Part shown: in pieces, positions 1 to 7,562 of the stretch | How positions within the stretch are numbered: position 1 is the stretch's first letter | Layout of the letters: the number at the start of each line of letters is the position of its first letter | Origin: a virus | DNA length: 39,691 nt | Virus record (IMG/VR): IMGVR_UViG_3300017424_000003 | Coordinates: 1-39,691 of that record | Direction: 5' to 3' (one strand) | The notes under the pieces: generated by a model | Seen by the model: the letters and a program-made list of their open reading frames with translations, nothing else | What the model was told of the DNA's origin: nothing | Databases searched by the model: none | Position numbers and translations under genes: made by a program

Positions 1-123
1 CCTGAAGCCGCCCTCTCCAGGCGTTGAGCGGCACGACATCAGCTTGCATTTAACTGCTCCATGACATGGGCAACGGCGTCATCGCCGGTTTCGTCTGTTG
101 ATCTTGCGAGAATATACAGCCCA
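1..123. repeat. Terminal direct repeat, copy 1 (identical to 39569..39691)
   Basis: Read directly: bases 1-123 equal bases 39569-39691 letter for letter. Offset is 39568 bp. Confidence 0.95.
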
Positions 124-368
124 CCGGCTGCGTTAAGAGCGCGTGCGAAATTCTGTTGTTTAGGGCGCCACGCATCACGACCAACCTTGGCCTCTATGCC
201 GATCATGCGTCCGTTAGGCTTAAACGACAGCAGAATGTCAGACGAACCGGGTAGCCCGTAGCGCAGCATGCGGTCATCGACCCGTGCGGCGCCTGTCGCA
301 TTGCTCCATGCTAAACCGTATGGCGATACCGCAAGCAACAGGCGTTTGACTAGATCCCCGTGTGTCAT
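39..368 (-). CDS. VRR-NUC family nuclease
   Basis: ORF 39..416 trimmed to ATG 368, which makes an ATGA overlap with the helicase stop at 365-367. SSDILLSF...IGIEAKVGRD...QQNFARALNAAGGLYILA fits the VRR-NUC PD-(D/E)xK pattern. Confidence 0.8.
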   Translation of the reverse strand: MTHGDLVKRLLLAVSPYGLAWSNATGAARVDDRMLRYGLPGSSDILLSFKPNGRMIGIEAKVGRDAWRPKQQNFARALNAAGGLYILARSTDETGDDAVAHVMEQLNAS

Positions 369-1744
369 CGTGATGCCCTCCACTGCTGGCGTTGCTTCAT
401 TATGTGCCCTGCCCATGCAGCGGGGTGTTTATACTTGCGCGAGCGTCCGAGCGCGATCAGGTCTTCGAGCGTCCTGGCCGATTTAAGCTCGTCCTTCTTT
501 TTCGCACGAATTGCGTCAAGGTCTACCACCTCAAGCTCGCCGTCAACGTATTCCACTTCGCGCCCACCAGTCGGGTAGACATATCCGCAACCCGGGCACT
601 GAGGCTCCGGCGCGTGAACACGATAGCACTCTGGGCATTGCTTAGTCGAAACTTCGGACTTGGCGCCCTTCTTTTTCTTGGGCCTGTCCTCTAGGTTCCA
701 TTCGCGCTCATCATCGGGAAGCCCATGCCGCATAGCGTTTCCAGCATGGTCAAGAATGATAGCGCCGCCACCATCTGGTTTAGGCCTCAATCCTCGACCG
801 ATCTGCTGAAGATGCAACGAAAGCGACTGTGTAGGGCGCAAGAGAATAACAGCCTCCACGGTTGGGACATCGAATCCCTCGCCAAACAGATCGGCGTTGC
901 TAAGCACCTGAATTGCTCCGCTGGTGAAATCTGCCACGATTGCATCGCGCGTTCCCGGGTGCGTGCTGCCATCAACGTGAGCCGCCGATATGCCAGCCTC
1001 GTTAAACTGCTCGGCAACGTGCTTGCTATGCTCGATCGAGACGGCGAACACGATAGCGCGCTTGCCCGCCGCCAGTTTCTTGTAATGACCAACGACATTG
1101 CCAACCACCGAAGGCTTGTCCATTACCTTGGCTAGGTCGTCGCGTTTGAAATCACCGGCCTGCGTGCCAACCTTGCCCACGTCTTCAGTCGATGGCGCGT
1201 AAAGCGTGTAGTCGCACAGCGAACCATTCTCCATGAGGTCCGAAACCGATGGCCCTTGAACCATGCTATCGAACCACTGGCTAAGGCCGCGACCATCCAG
1301 CCTCCAAGGCGTAGCCGTCAGGCCGACGATCTGAGCGCGCGGGAACGCATCATAGATTTGCTGATATTGCGACGCGCCCATGTGATGACACTCGTCAAAG
1401 ATAATCAGATCGGGCGGCGGCAGTTTACCAAGCCGTCGCGCCATCGTCTGCACGGACCCAACCTGCACCATCGCGTCTTTATCGCCAATGGATCCACCCA
1501 TAACCAAAGAATGCGGAATTTCCATCGACCAGAATGTGCGACTAGCCTGCAAGATAATCTCACGACGATGAACCACCCACCAGCAACGACGTCCGCGTTC
1601 TGCTGCTGTCTTAACCATGTACGCGCTTGTGACAGTCTTGCCGCCACCAGTTGCAAGTTGCACCAACACAGTCCGATCCATAGAACGAAATTGCGTGCGA
1701 ATGTCAGTGATAATCTGTTGCTGATAGTCTCTGAGTTCGATCAT
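365..1744 (-). CDS. Superfamily-2 DEAH-box DNA helicase with C-terminal zinc ribbon
   Basis: Walker A ATGGGKT, DECHH box, helicase-C region, and CPECY..CPGCG near the C-terminus. Start trimmed to MIELRDYQ (ATG 1744, ATGA overlap with the primase stop). Confidence 0.9.
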   Translation of the reverse strand: MIELRDYQQQIITDIRTQFRSMDRTVLVQLATGGGKTVTSAYMVKTAAERGRRCWWVVHRREIILQASRTFWSMEIPHSLVMGGSIGDKDAMVQVGSVQTMARRLGKLPPPDLIIFDECHHMGASQYQQIYDAFPRAQIVGLTATPWRLDGRGLSQWFDSMVQGPSVSDLMENGSLCDYTLYAPSTEDVGKVGTQAGDFKRDDLAKVMDKPSVVGNVVGHYKKLAAGKRAIVFAVSIEHSKHVAEQFNEAGISAAHVDGSTHPGTRDAIVADFTSGAIQVLSNADLFGEGFDVPTVEAVILLRPTQSLSLHLQQIGRGLRPKPDGGGAIILDHAGNAMRHGLPDDEREWNLEDRPKKKKGAKSEVSTKQCPECYRVHAPEPQCPGCGYVYPTGGREVEYVDGELEVVDLDAIRAKKKDELKSARTLEDLIALGRSRKYKHPAAWAGHIMKQRQQWRASR

Positions 1745-2664
1745 TGATCCGCCCAATCCGTGCCGACTGTTTCGGGAATAAAAACCTGTATCTTGATCGG
1801 CGTTGGCTTTGTTACCAGACGATTCGCGAGGCCGTAGCTATAGGCGTGGCCTGTGTAGCTGGCGTCGTTGTCGCCGTAGATATTGGTCTGCGTTACTTCG
1901 GGCGGCGGCTCCCACTTCCCCAGGTTGTTTGCGCTGATAAGCGACCAGCATGGTACGGCGAACCGGCGCGAGACAGACAGCGCGGTCTCAATACCCTCGG
2001 CAACGCCCAGAGTTGACGCGATCGGTCCGAGACGGATGGCGCAACCGGCTGGCAAAGGACCCGGCATCATAGCGCGATAGGCTTTCTTGCCCTCATGCAA
2101 AAAGGTTCGGTGGATATTCGTACCATGCCCGTCCGCGTCGTCGACCTTGGCGATCATTGCAGGCAGATACTCAAGCTCGTGCTTGGTCGCGCGCATGCGA
2201 GGCATGAAGCGCAGCACGGGCGGATAGGGTGGCTCGATACCGCGCGACCGGAGATAGGCCTCAGCAAGCGTTCCAGCGATGGGTACGGATGCCGACCAAA
2301 CCTCGCGCATGTCGCGCTTGCACTTCTCATCATCGCGCGCTGGCTTTGATGCAACGAATGTCGCTTCTGGCAGCAACTCACGGACGCGATTAGCCGTGTC
2401 TGGGAAGCTCATTCCCGTAATCAGCATCGCCAGTTTAACGCCGTCACCCGCGCCGCACTGGTTGCAGATCCACGTACCAAAACCTTCTTTGTCGTCGAAC
2501 CGCGCACGGTCCTTGCCGCCGCACAGGGGGCATGCGCGCTGCTTGCCATCAAGGAATGTCGTAGGAACACCAAGCAACGGAAGAATGGAGCGCCATCGCC
2601 CCTTCGCCTGCTCGCGCAGCTCTGGCATCTTGCGGAATGACCCCCGCTGGGCTAAATCAGTCAT
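1741..2664 (-). CDS. DNA primase (P4-alpha-type zinc ribbon + Toprim)
   Basis: CPLCGGKD...CNQCG zinc ribbon, Toprim motifs AEGIETALS and GDNDASY, and an AGGAG SD upstream of ATG 2664. Confidence 0.9.
   Translation of the reverse strand: MTDLAQRGSFRKMPELREQAKGRWRSILPLLGVPTTFLDGKQRACPLCGGKDRARFDDKEGFGTWICNQCGAGDGVKLAMLITGMSFPDTANRVRELLPEATFVASKPARDDEKCKRDMREVWSASVPIAGTLAEAYLRSRGIEPPYPPVLRFMPRMRATKHELEYLPAMIAKVDDADGHGTNIHRTFLHEGKKAYRAMMPGPLPAGCAIRLGPIASTLGVAEGIETALSVSRRFAVPCWSLISANNLGKWEPPPEVTQTNIYGDNDASYTGHAYSYGLANRLVTKPTPIKIQVFIPETVGTDWADQ
2630..2658 (+). promoter_or_regulatory. Candidate sigma70-type promoter for a plus-strand antisense RNA
   Basis: TTGCGG (2630-2635), 17 nt, TAAATC (2653-2658). 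Lies inside the 5' end of the primase CDS on the opposite strand. Confidence 0.3.
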
Positions 2665-2749
2665 GTCGCGCTCCTTACAAGCGGTGATAGTCGGACCGCC
2701 ACAGTCCGCATTTTAGCCCCGGGTCGAGCTAGTCTCCCCGGGGCTTTTT
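2665..2749 (+). ncRNA. Candidate ~85-nt cis-antisense RNA complementary to the primase mRNA leader
   Basis: Bounded by the candidate promoter above and the plus-oriented intrinsic terminator at 2715-2749. Contains CTCCT (2671-2675), the complement of the primase SD. Confidence 0.3.
2715..2749 (+). terminator. Rho-independent terminator-like hairpin, functional orientation plus
   Basis: AGCCCCGG (2715-2722) pairs with CCGGGGCT (2738-2745), followed by TTTTT on the plus strand. On the minus strand the stem is followed by AAAAT. Confidence 0.5.
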
Positions 2750-2777
2750 ACTATAGCGTGGTTTTCGTACGTTGCAA
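2750..2777 (-). promoter_or_regulatory. Candidate promoter of the primase/replication operon
   Basis: Minus strand reads TTGCAA (2777-2772), 16 nt, TATAGT (2755-2750). Located in the 178-bp gap upstream of the primase gene. Confidence 0.5.
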
Positions 2778-2842
2778 GGTTTAGTGTCGCTGCGTGGTAG
2801 CCTGCGCGACGGTCATTACCGGCTTTGCGTGGTGGCGGGGTT

Positions 2843-3061
2843 TCATGCGATGATGCGGTAACCAACGATGTCGCTACCTCCCCCCGTATGCTTCCAAATA
2901 TTAGGCCCCGGCACTGCGTCACCCCAGTATCCAGCAGGAGAGGGGCCATCGTAATCAAATGTTTCTTTGTATCCATCCCTAAAGATTACCAAAACTTTGG
3001 TATCATCAGAAACAGGTTGAGGGCCACCATCATGGTATATCCAGCCGTCCATATCACTCAC
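2843..3061 (-). CDS. Hypothetical small phage protein (WIxHDGG...IVGYR type)
   Basis: 72-aa ORF in an operon context. AT-richer than its flanks. Confidence 0.6.
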   Translation of the reverse strand: MSDMDGWIYHDGGPQPVSDDTKVLVIFRDGYKETFDYDGPSPAGYWGDAVPGPNIWKHTGGGSDIVGYRIIA

Positions 3062-3248
3062 TCCCTCTAGTCAAAAAGTCCCCAGGCACCGCAACCCCGC
3101 GCGATGCCGCCAGCGCAGCAACTCGAGCGCGCCACGGCCATGAGATGCCGCGCGTGGTCCAGTGGTAGACGCTCTTGGTTGTGCGGTTCAGGTCGCGGCC
3201 TACGGATGCACAACCGCCTAGTGCGGCGATGATGTCGCGGTCATGCAT
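3054..3248 (-). CDS. Cro/YdaS-like HTH DNA-binding protein
   Basis: Trimmed to MHDRDIIAALGG...TKSVYHWTTRG, an HTH pattern resembling the Cro/YdaS family. Overlaps the upstream gene by 8 nt. Confidence 0.6.
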   Translation of the reverse strand: MHDRDIIAALGGCASVGRDLNRTTKSVYHWTTRGISWPWRARVAALAASRGVAVPGDFLTRGSE

Positions 3249-3507
3249 CGTCAGGATCCGAAAACACACGGAGGTCTGCAATTGTCTGCTCTATCAGCGG
3301 CAAATACGGATGCCGTTCGAGGTCATCGGCTTTCACGTCATTGCGAATGAACTTGGCATACTGTTCGAGAAGATAAGCAGCCGTAGACAGTTCGGCTTTG
3401 TCAGTAACGTCAAGAATTGCAGCCACAGCCGCCTTCTCGCCATAGTGCGCCAGATCGCCGGGTTCGCGATGCTCGTTAAACAAGGCGCGTGCCTGTTCCG
3501 GTGTCAT
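3241..3507 (-). CDS. Hypothetical protein
   Basis: 88-aa ORF with an ATGA overlap to the upstream gene. Confidence 0.6.
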   Translation of the reverse strand: MTPEQARALFNEHREPGDLAHYGEKAAVAAILDVTDKAELSTAAYLLEQYAKFIRNDVKADDLERHPYLPLIEQTIADLRVFSDPDDA

Positions 3508-4151
3508 TCCCCAGCCTCCCCATCATCAGCCTGTGGCGCAGGCGTCAACTCGGCAATGCGCTGGTCATATGCGTTCATCACGTCAGCATGCAGTTCCGGC
3601 TTGCTGGTGATGAGCTTAGCCATGGCCTTCTCCGCACCCTTCTGAAGCGCGTCTAGGGCATCGGCGTCTTGGGCTTGCCCAACCTCAGCGATGTGGCTTG
3701 CGGCCCATTCCTCTGCGGTCTGACGGGGCTTCGGCGCAGGTTCGGCCTGCTTCTGCTCGATCACCAACGGCTTGACGGTAAACATCGCCTTCTTGCCCTT
3801 GGTCGCGGTCAGGGCGATCACAAGATCGCGCTCCAGGTGCGACATGCGGCTGATACGAACACCGCCGACAGCCATGCCGCCCCACTTCACAGAAGGATCA
3901 AGATACAGTTCAACGTACCGGCCAGCGTAAGCCTTGGCATCCGGTCCCCATGCGAAGACGAGAACGCGGCTCATGCTCTTGCACGGCTTCCACGGCTTGC
4001 CGTCGTCGTCCTCATAGCGGACGGTAACAGGCTGTTCGGTACCGGGCGAGATAAGCACCTCCGTGACACGGATGATGCGAGGCCCTGACAGCAAACTATC
4101 CGCGTTCAGCTGGTCACTTTTAGGGGTTATCACTGAGTTCATGTCGGTCAT
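3504..4151 (-). CDS. Conserved phage protein of unknown function (recombination-module position)
   Basis: 215-aa ORF. The N-terminus ITPKSDQLNADSLL..GPR resembles a recurring phage family whose function I cannot name. Lies beside the exonuclease, so an ssDNA-binding or annealing role is only a guess. Confidence 0.7.
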   Translation of the reverse strand: MTDMNSVITPKSDQLNADSLLSGPRIIRVTEVLISPGTEQPVTVRYEDDDGKPWKPCKSMSRVLVFAWGPDAKAYAGRYVELYLDPSVKWGGMAVGGVRISRMSHLERDLVIALTATKGKKAMFTVKPLVIEQKQAEPAPKPRQTAEEWAASHIAEVGQAQDADALDALQKGAEKAMAKLITSKPELHADVMNAYDQRIAELTPAPQADDGEAGE

Positions 4152-4636
4152 GCTTCATCTCCTGTTGATCTGTGAAACTCGCCAAAATGATGACGAGACG
4201 CTTCTTGGTAGGCCGCTCCGGCTTCGTCTTCCGTTGCAAAGCGACCAAGGTATTTTAGTTTCCCGTTGAGGCGGATTGCCGACCTCCACTGGTTCTTATT
4301 GCGAGTGCCGACAGAGCCGTCAAACCACACTCCCTTATGGACGGATGTGCCGCCCTTTTTAGGAGCACGATTCATCATATTCTGAAGCTGTGTGGCAGTC
4401 CTAAGGTTAGAACGCTGATTGTTGAGGCCATTACCATCCTTGTGATCGGTAACAGAGCCTTCAGGTGTCTCGTTTATAACCCTGTGCATCAGGACTAGTT
4501 TTCCTTGGTCGTGGCGCATCGCATAGAAACTATGACTACCTTTCTGTGCGGACCATTTCCATTGAGATAGCCATTCATAATCGACGTCATCTACGATCGC
4601 ACTCTGCCCCTGCGATAGGGGAATAAGGCTAGGCAT
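4148..4636 (-). CDS. HNH homing endonuclease with AP2 DNA-binding domain
   Basis: HKDGNGLNNQRSNLR is an HNH motif and WRSAIRLNGKLKYLGRFATEDEAGAAYQEA is AP2-like. Two counted 60-nt lines give 47-48% GC, against 63% in a flanking line. Confidence 0.9.
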   Translation of the reverse strand: MPSLIPLSQGQSAIVDDVDYEWLSQWKWSAQKGSHSFYAMRHDQGKLVLMHRVINETPEGSVTDHKDGNGLNNQRSNLRTATQLQNMMNRAPKKGGTSVHKGVWFDGSVGTRNKNQWRSAIRLNGKLKYLGRFATEDEAGAAYQEASRHHFGEFHRSTGDEA

Positions 4637-5312
4637 ACATTTCTTGCTCCACGATACGTTCCGTAGGAACTAGGTCAGCGGCAACGCGCTCATAGATAGC
4701 GCGCTTCTCCACAATCTTTGCTTCGAATGCCGTAGCAGCAGCCACGATAGCATCCTGAACTACTTGGTCGGCGTGGACCCTGATGACAGCGAGAGGCAGG
4801 CCACCGCTGTACGAAATCAGGTCACACCACTTACGCCCCGTCACCAGCATACCGGTCTGGCACTGCATCAGGTAGTCGGGCACAGGCTCGCCAGTTGCGA
4901 CGTTCTCGACGATCGTCTGAACTTGGAAACGCTGGCGACGGCTCTTGCATTCGATAAGCCCTTCATCCCCGACCAGATCGTCAGGCGAGTAGCCTAGCGT
5001 AAAGCCCCACTGGTCGTTTGTGATGAAGCCCATACTCTGCGTGTCGGCGTAATGCTCGCGATATAGATCACGGGCGCGCACTTCGTCGACGTTGCCGCGT
5101 AGCATATCGTCTGAGATATACTGAGGCTCGACGTACCCACTAACGCGCTGTGCAAGTAGCTCCCAGACGTGAGCACGGGTCTTATCGTTGTCTGCAACCT
5201 TGAGCGTCGGGGTGATGATCTTGTGAACCTCAGAAGCAGTCAGAATGCCAAGTCTGGCATCCAACCACGCCTGTTCTCCTTGGATTAAGTCCTTGTGATA
5301 TTTGATCGTCAT
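4629..5312 (-). CDS. YqaJ-like (lambda Exo-type) recombination exonuclease
   Basis: GEQAWLDARLGILTASE..., LIECKSR and the overall YqaJ PD-(D/E)xK layout. GAGGAA SD upstream. Confidence 0.85.
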   Translation of the reverse strand: MTIKYHKDLIQGEQAWLDARLGILTASEVHKIITPTLKVADNDKTRAHVWELLAQRVSGYVEPQYISDDMLRGNVDEVRARDLYREHYADTQSMGFITNDQWGFTLGYSPDDLVGDEGLIECKSRRQRFQVQTIVENVATGEPVPDYLMQCQTGMLVTGRKWCDLISYSGGLPLAVIRVHADQVVQDAIVAAATAFEAKIVEKRAIYERVAADLVPTERIVEQEMYA

Positions 5313-5338
5313 ATCCGTTCCTCATCTCAGGAACCATA

Positions 5339-5367
5339 GATTTAGTCGCCATCTTGGCGAATGTCAA
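5339..5367 (-). promoter_or_regulatory. Candidate promoter of the recombination operon with a palindrome in the spacer
   Basis: Minus strand reads TTGACA (5367-5362), 17 nt, TAAATC (5344-5339). The spacer holds the inverted repeat TCGCCAtctTGGCGA (5346-5360). Confidence 0.5.
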
Positions 5368-5370
5368 CGC

Positions 5371-5398
5371 ATAAAAAAGGGCCGATGTTACCCGGCCC
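5371..5398 (-). terminator. Rho-independent terminator after the GcrA-like gene
   Basis: GGGCCG (5379-5384) pairs with CGGCCC (5393-5398). On the minus strand the stem is followed by TTTTTTAT. Confidence 0.7.
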
Positions 5399-5423
5399 CT
5401 TTGTCATCTCAACCGTGTTCGTG

Positions 5424-6185
5424 TTAAGCTGCCCACCTCTTGCTCATCCGCTCCCGCCGCTCCCGAATCTCAGTAACGCGCTCGATCAACTGCGCATCGG
5501 TCAGAACGCCAGGGACATTCCCGCACAGCCAGAACTTGCCACCCTGAGTAGCCACACGTTCCGCGTTACACCTCACGACCGGTTTATATCCCTCCTTCTG
5601 CAAAAACGCCTGCGCCTCCCCTTCTGGCGACGTATCGCGGCCCGCGCTGATATCCGACACGGCGGTCTTGTAGCGGTCGCGGGTGAACTTTTGGGGCTTC
5701 TCAGGTGCTTTGCGTTCGAAGTCCACTGTGCGGATGTTGCGCCCCTTCGTAGGACGCTTAAGACCCTTTGCAGCAACCCAGCGTCGCATTGTCTTGGCAC
5801 TGACACCGTAATGCTTAGCCAGGAACGACAGCGGGTTGTCGGTCCACATCTCGACGAAGTCATCGGGGATAGGCTTCATCGGCATGCGACGGCTTTGGGG
5901 CGTGCCCTTGCTGAACCGGTTGCGATCGACGGCATTGCAGACGCGCTTACGACCGATGCCCATCTTCTTGGCGATCACGTCGTAGGAGTGGCCCTGCTCA
6001 ACCAACAGCTTGAGGGTGGCCAGTGCTTCCTCTGTCCATGCGCGCTGGTGAACCGACACGCCAGACATACGACGCCAGCGCATGATCGTGTGACGTCCAA
6101 CGCCGTACATCTCCATTTGTGCTGGCACCGTGTTGTGGAGGTGGTCGCGAAAGTCGGCGGGGAGGGGGTTTTTCAGGGGGGTCAT
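5424..6185 (-). CDS. Multi-HTH DNA-binding protein with a GcrA-like segment
   Basis: WTEEALATLKLLVEQGHSYDVIAKKMGIGRKRVCNAVDR resembles the GcrA N-terminus. Two further HTH-like stretches are GVGRHTIMRWRR and YGVSAKTMRRWV. Confidence 0.75.
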   Translation of the reverse strand: MTPLKNPLPADFRDHLHNTVPAQMEMYGVGRHTIMRWRRMSGVSVHQRAWTEEALATLKLLVEQGHSYDVIAKKMGIGRKRVCNAVDRNRFSKGTPQSRRMPMKPIPDDFVEMWTDNPLSFLAKHYGVSAKTMRRWVAAKGLKRPTKGRNIRTVDFERKAPEKPQKFTRDRYKTAVSDISAGRDTSPEGEAQAFLQKEGYKPVVRCNAERVATQGGKFWLCGNVPGVLTDAQLIERVTEIRERRERMSKRWAA

Positions 6186-6484
6186 GACTGGAGGGCCTTC
6201 TTTATAGCTGCACGTGCGGCAATGACTTTGGCTTCATCTTCAGGATCCCAAAAACCGGCATCCCCGCTGTGAACCATCGCGACGTAATCATCAACGAAGA
6301 CCATCAAAGCCTCCAGCAAATCCGGTGCCGCTGCTGCCAAGGTTGCGTTAGCGATGTCATGACCGCCGACAAGGATGTCATCCATACGGGCAGCGTTACC
6401 GGGCCTTGGTGCGCCGATATATACCGGGCCGCTAATTAGACCGCACACGCTCCAAGGCCCCGGCGTTCCCTTAAACTCGCTCAC
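6182..6484 (-). CDS. Hypothetical protein (GTPGPW... phage family)
   Basis: 100-aa ORF with a GTG start at 6484 in a GTGA overlap with the upstream miniprotein. Confidence 0.65.
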   Translation of the reverse strand: MSEFKGTPGPWSVCGLISGPVYIGAPRPGNAARMDDILVGGHDIANATLAAAAPDLLEALMVFVDDYVAMVHSGDAGFWDPEDEAKVIAARAAIKKALQS

Positions 6485-6582
6485 ATCTCATCTCCCGATG
6501 CACGCGCAAATGCGCTGAAAACCAAACCAACAACAATGCTAAGGGCAATCCAGATGATTGCGCCGATAATCCAGGGGTTCAC
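6481..6582 (-). CDS. 33-aa single-pass membrane miniprotein
   Basis: Not in the ORF track because it is under 60 aa. GTG 6582 (GTGA overlap) is preceded by AAGGAG with 8-nt spacing. Translation: VNPWIIGAIIWIALSIVVGLVFSAFARASGDEM. Confidence 0.5.
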   Translation of the reverse strand: MNPWIIGAIIWIALSIVVGLVFSAFARASGDEM

Positions 6583-6806
6583 AACGCATTCTCCTTGGCT
6601 GGTCCATAAATCGTGATGCTGGTTTTGTTGCGACGCACGCTGAACTGCATACCTTCCCAAACCTCTTGGCCTTGCGAGTAGAATGAAATGCAGGCGATCC
6701 CATCATCTGACCAGTTATAGCTAGGTGCAGTCACGATCTTCACGACGCGAGCAACCAGATGATAATCATCTGGGTCTGCGTTTACGATTACCTTCGGCCT
6801 ACTCAT
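6579..6806 (-). CDS. Hypothetical protein
   Basis: 75-aa ORF with 4-nt overlaps at both ends. Confidence 0.6.
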   Translation of the reverse strand: MSRPKVIVNADPDDYHLVARVVKIVTAPSYNWSDDGIACISFYSQGQEVWEGMQFSVRRNKTSITIYGPAKENAL

Positions 6807-7096
6807 GACATCACCTCCCTGACAATCCGTTCATTCTCGTCCTTGACCCAGTTACGGGCCTTTGCGCGCATCCTGTCACCCTGCGCCCGGACCTTCATCA
6901 TCTTGGCCACAGCGGCCTCTAGGGGTGCCTGGAGGGGACCATACGCTACGATATCGCAAAGCTGTGCGCGTAGCTGGTGGTGATCGCCCTCCTGTATCGT
7001 GGCGATGTCTCCAGCGATGCCCCGGATCTGCACCACCACAGGCTTGAAGCCGCCCGTGTATATTGCGTAGTGGTTGGGTTGGAGTGCATTAGACAC
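6803..7096 (-). CDS. Hypothetical protein
   Basis: 97-aa ORF within the operon. Confidence 0.6.
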   Translation of the reverse strand: MSNALQPNHYAIYTGGFKPVVVQIRGIAGDIATIQEGDHHQLRAQLCDIVAYGPLQAPLEAAVAKMMKVRAQGDRMRAKARNWVKDENERIVREVMS

Positions 7097-7286
7097 TGAA
7101 CTTCTCCAGTTCTGTCAAAGCCTTTTCCAACCGACCGATAACCGACCAGCGGGCAGACTCTGGGTTGGTCTTCCACCGTGTGAACGTGGCGGGCGAAACC
7201 TTCACGCTCTCACACAGCTTATAGATGGGAATGCGAACGCCGTTGGCCCGCTCTCGGATTGCCGCGATGGCTTGCTGTTTTTCCAT
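7089..7286 (-). CDS. Small HTH regulator, apparently leaderless
   Basis: ORF 7089..7418 trimmed to its first ATG (MEKQQ..., 7286). IYKLCESVKVSPATFTRWK is HTH-like. There is no SD, and the -10 box ends 7 nt upstream of the ATG. Confidence 0.65.
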   Translation of the reverse strand: MEKQQAIAAIRERANGVRIPIYKLCESVKVSPATFTRWKTNPESARWSVIGRLEKALTELEKFSV

Positions 7287-7293
7287 GACGGCC

Positions 7294-7321
7294 ACAATAC
7301 GCAAAAATAATGTGCTGTCAA
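7294..7321 (-). promoter_or_regulatory. Promoter of the long minus-strand early transcript
   Basis: Minus strand reads TTGACA (7321-7316), 16 nt, TATTGT (7299-7294), then GGCCGTC and the ATG. Confidence 0.55.
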
Positions 7322-7324
7322 CGA

Positions 7325-7353
7325 TTGACGAGCAATAAAATATAGCCCATACC
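7325..7353 (+). promoter_or_regulatory. Divergent promoter of the plus-strand cassette
   Basis: TTGACG (7325-7330), 17 nt, CATACC (7348-7353), the same TTGACG-N17-CATACxCC pattern as promoters at 36900 and 37417. The two -35 boxes form the palindrome GTCAAcgaTTGAC (7317-7329). Confidence 0.45.
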
Positions 7354-7384
7354 CCATCCAACACGCAGCAAGGGAGCCGCTGAG

Positions 7385-7561
7385 ATGAGCAAGCAGTACG
7401 GTACGCCGAATGACGCACAGTGGAACGCAGGCTATGACGCTTTCCGTCGTGGCGCAGTTATCAACGACTGCCCCTATACCGGCGTCAATGTCGATACGCC
7501 CGAATACACCGCATGGTGTGACGGTTGGAACGACGCAAAGCTCGATTGGGAGGACCGCTGA
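7385..7561 (+). CDS. Rmf/CrpP-like miniprotein
   Basis: 58 aa, not in the track. GGGAG SD. GYDAFRRGAVINDCPY...TAWCDGWNDA matches the ribosome-modulation-factor motif GYxAGxxG....CPY......WxxGW. Confidence 0.6.
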   Translation: MSKQYGTPNDAQWNAGYDAFRRGAVINDCPYTGVNVDTPEYTAWCDGWNDAKLDWEDR

Positions 7562-7562
7562 G

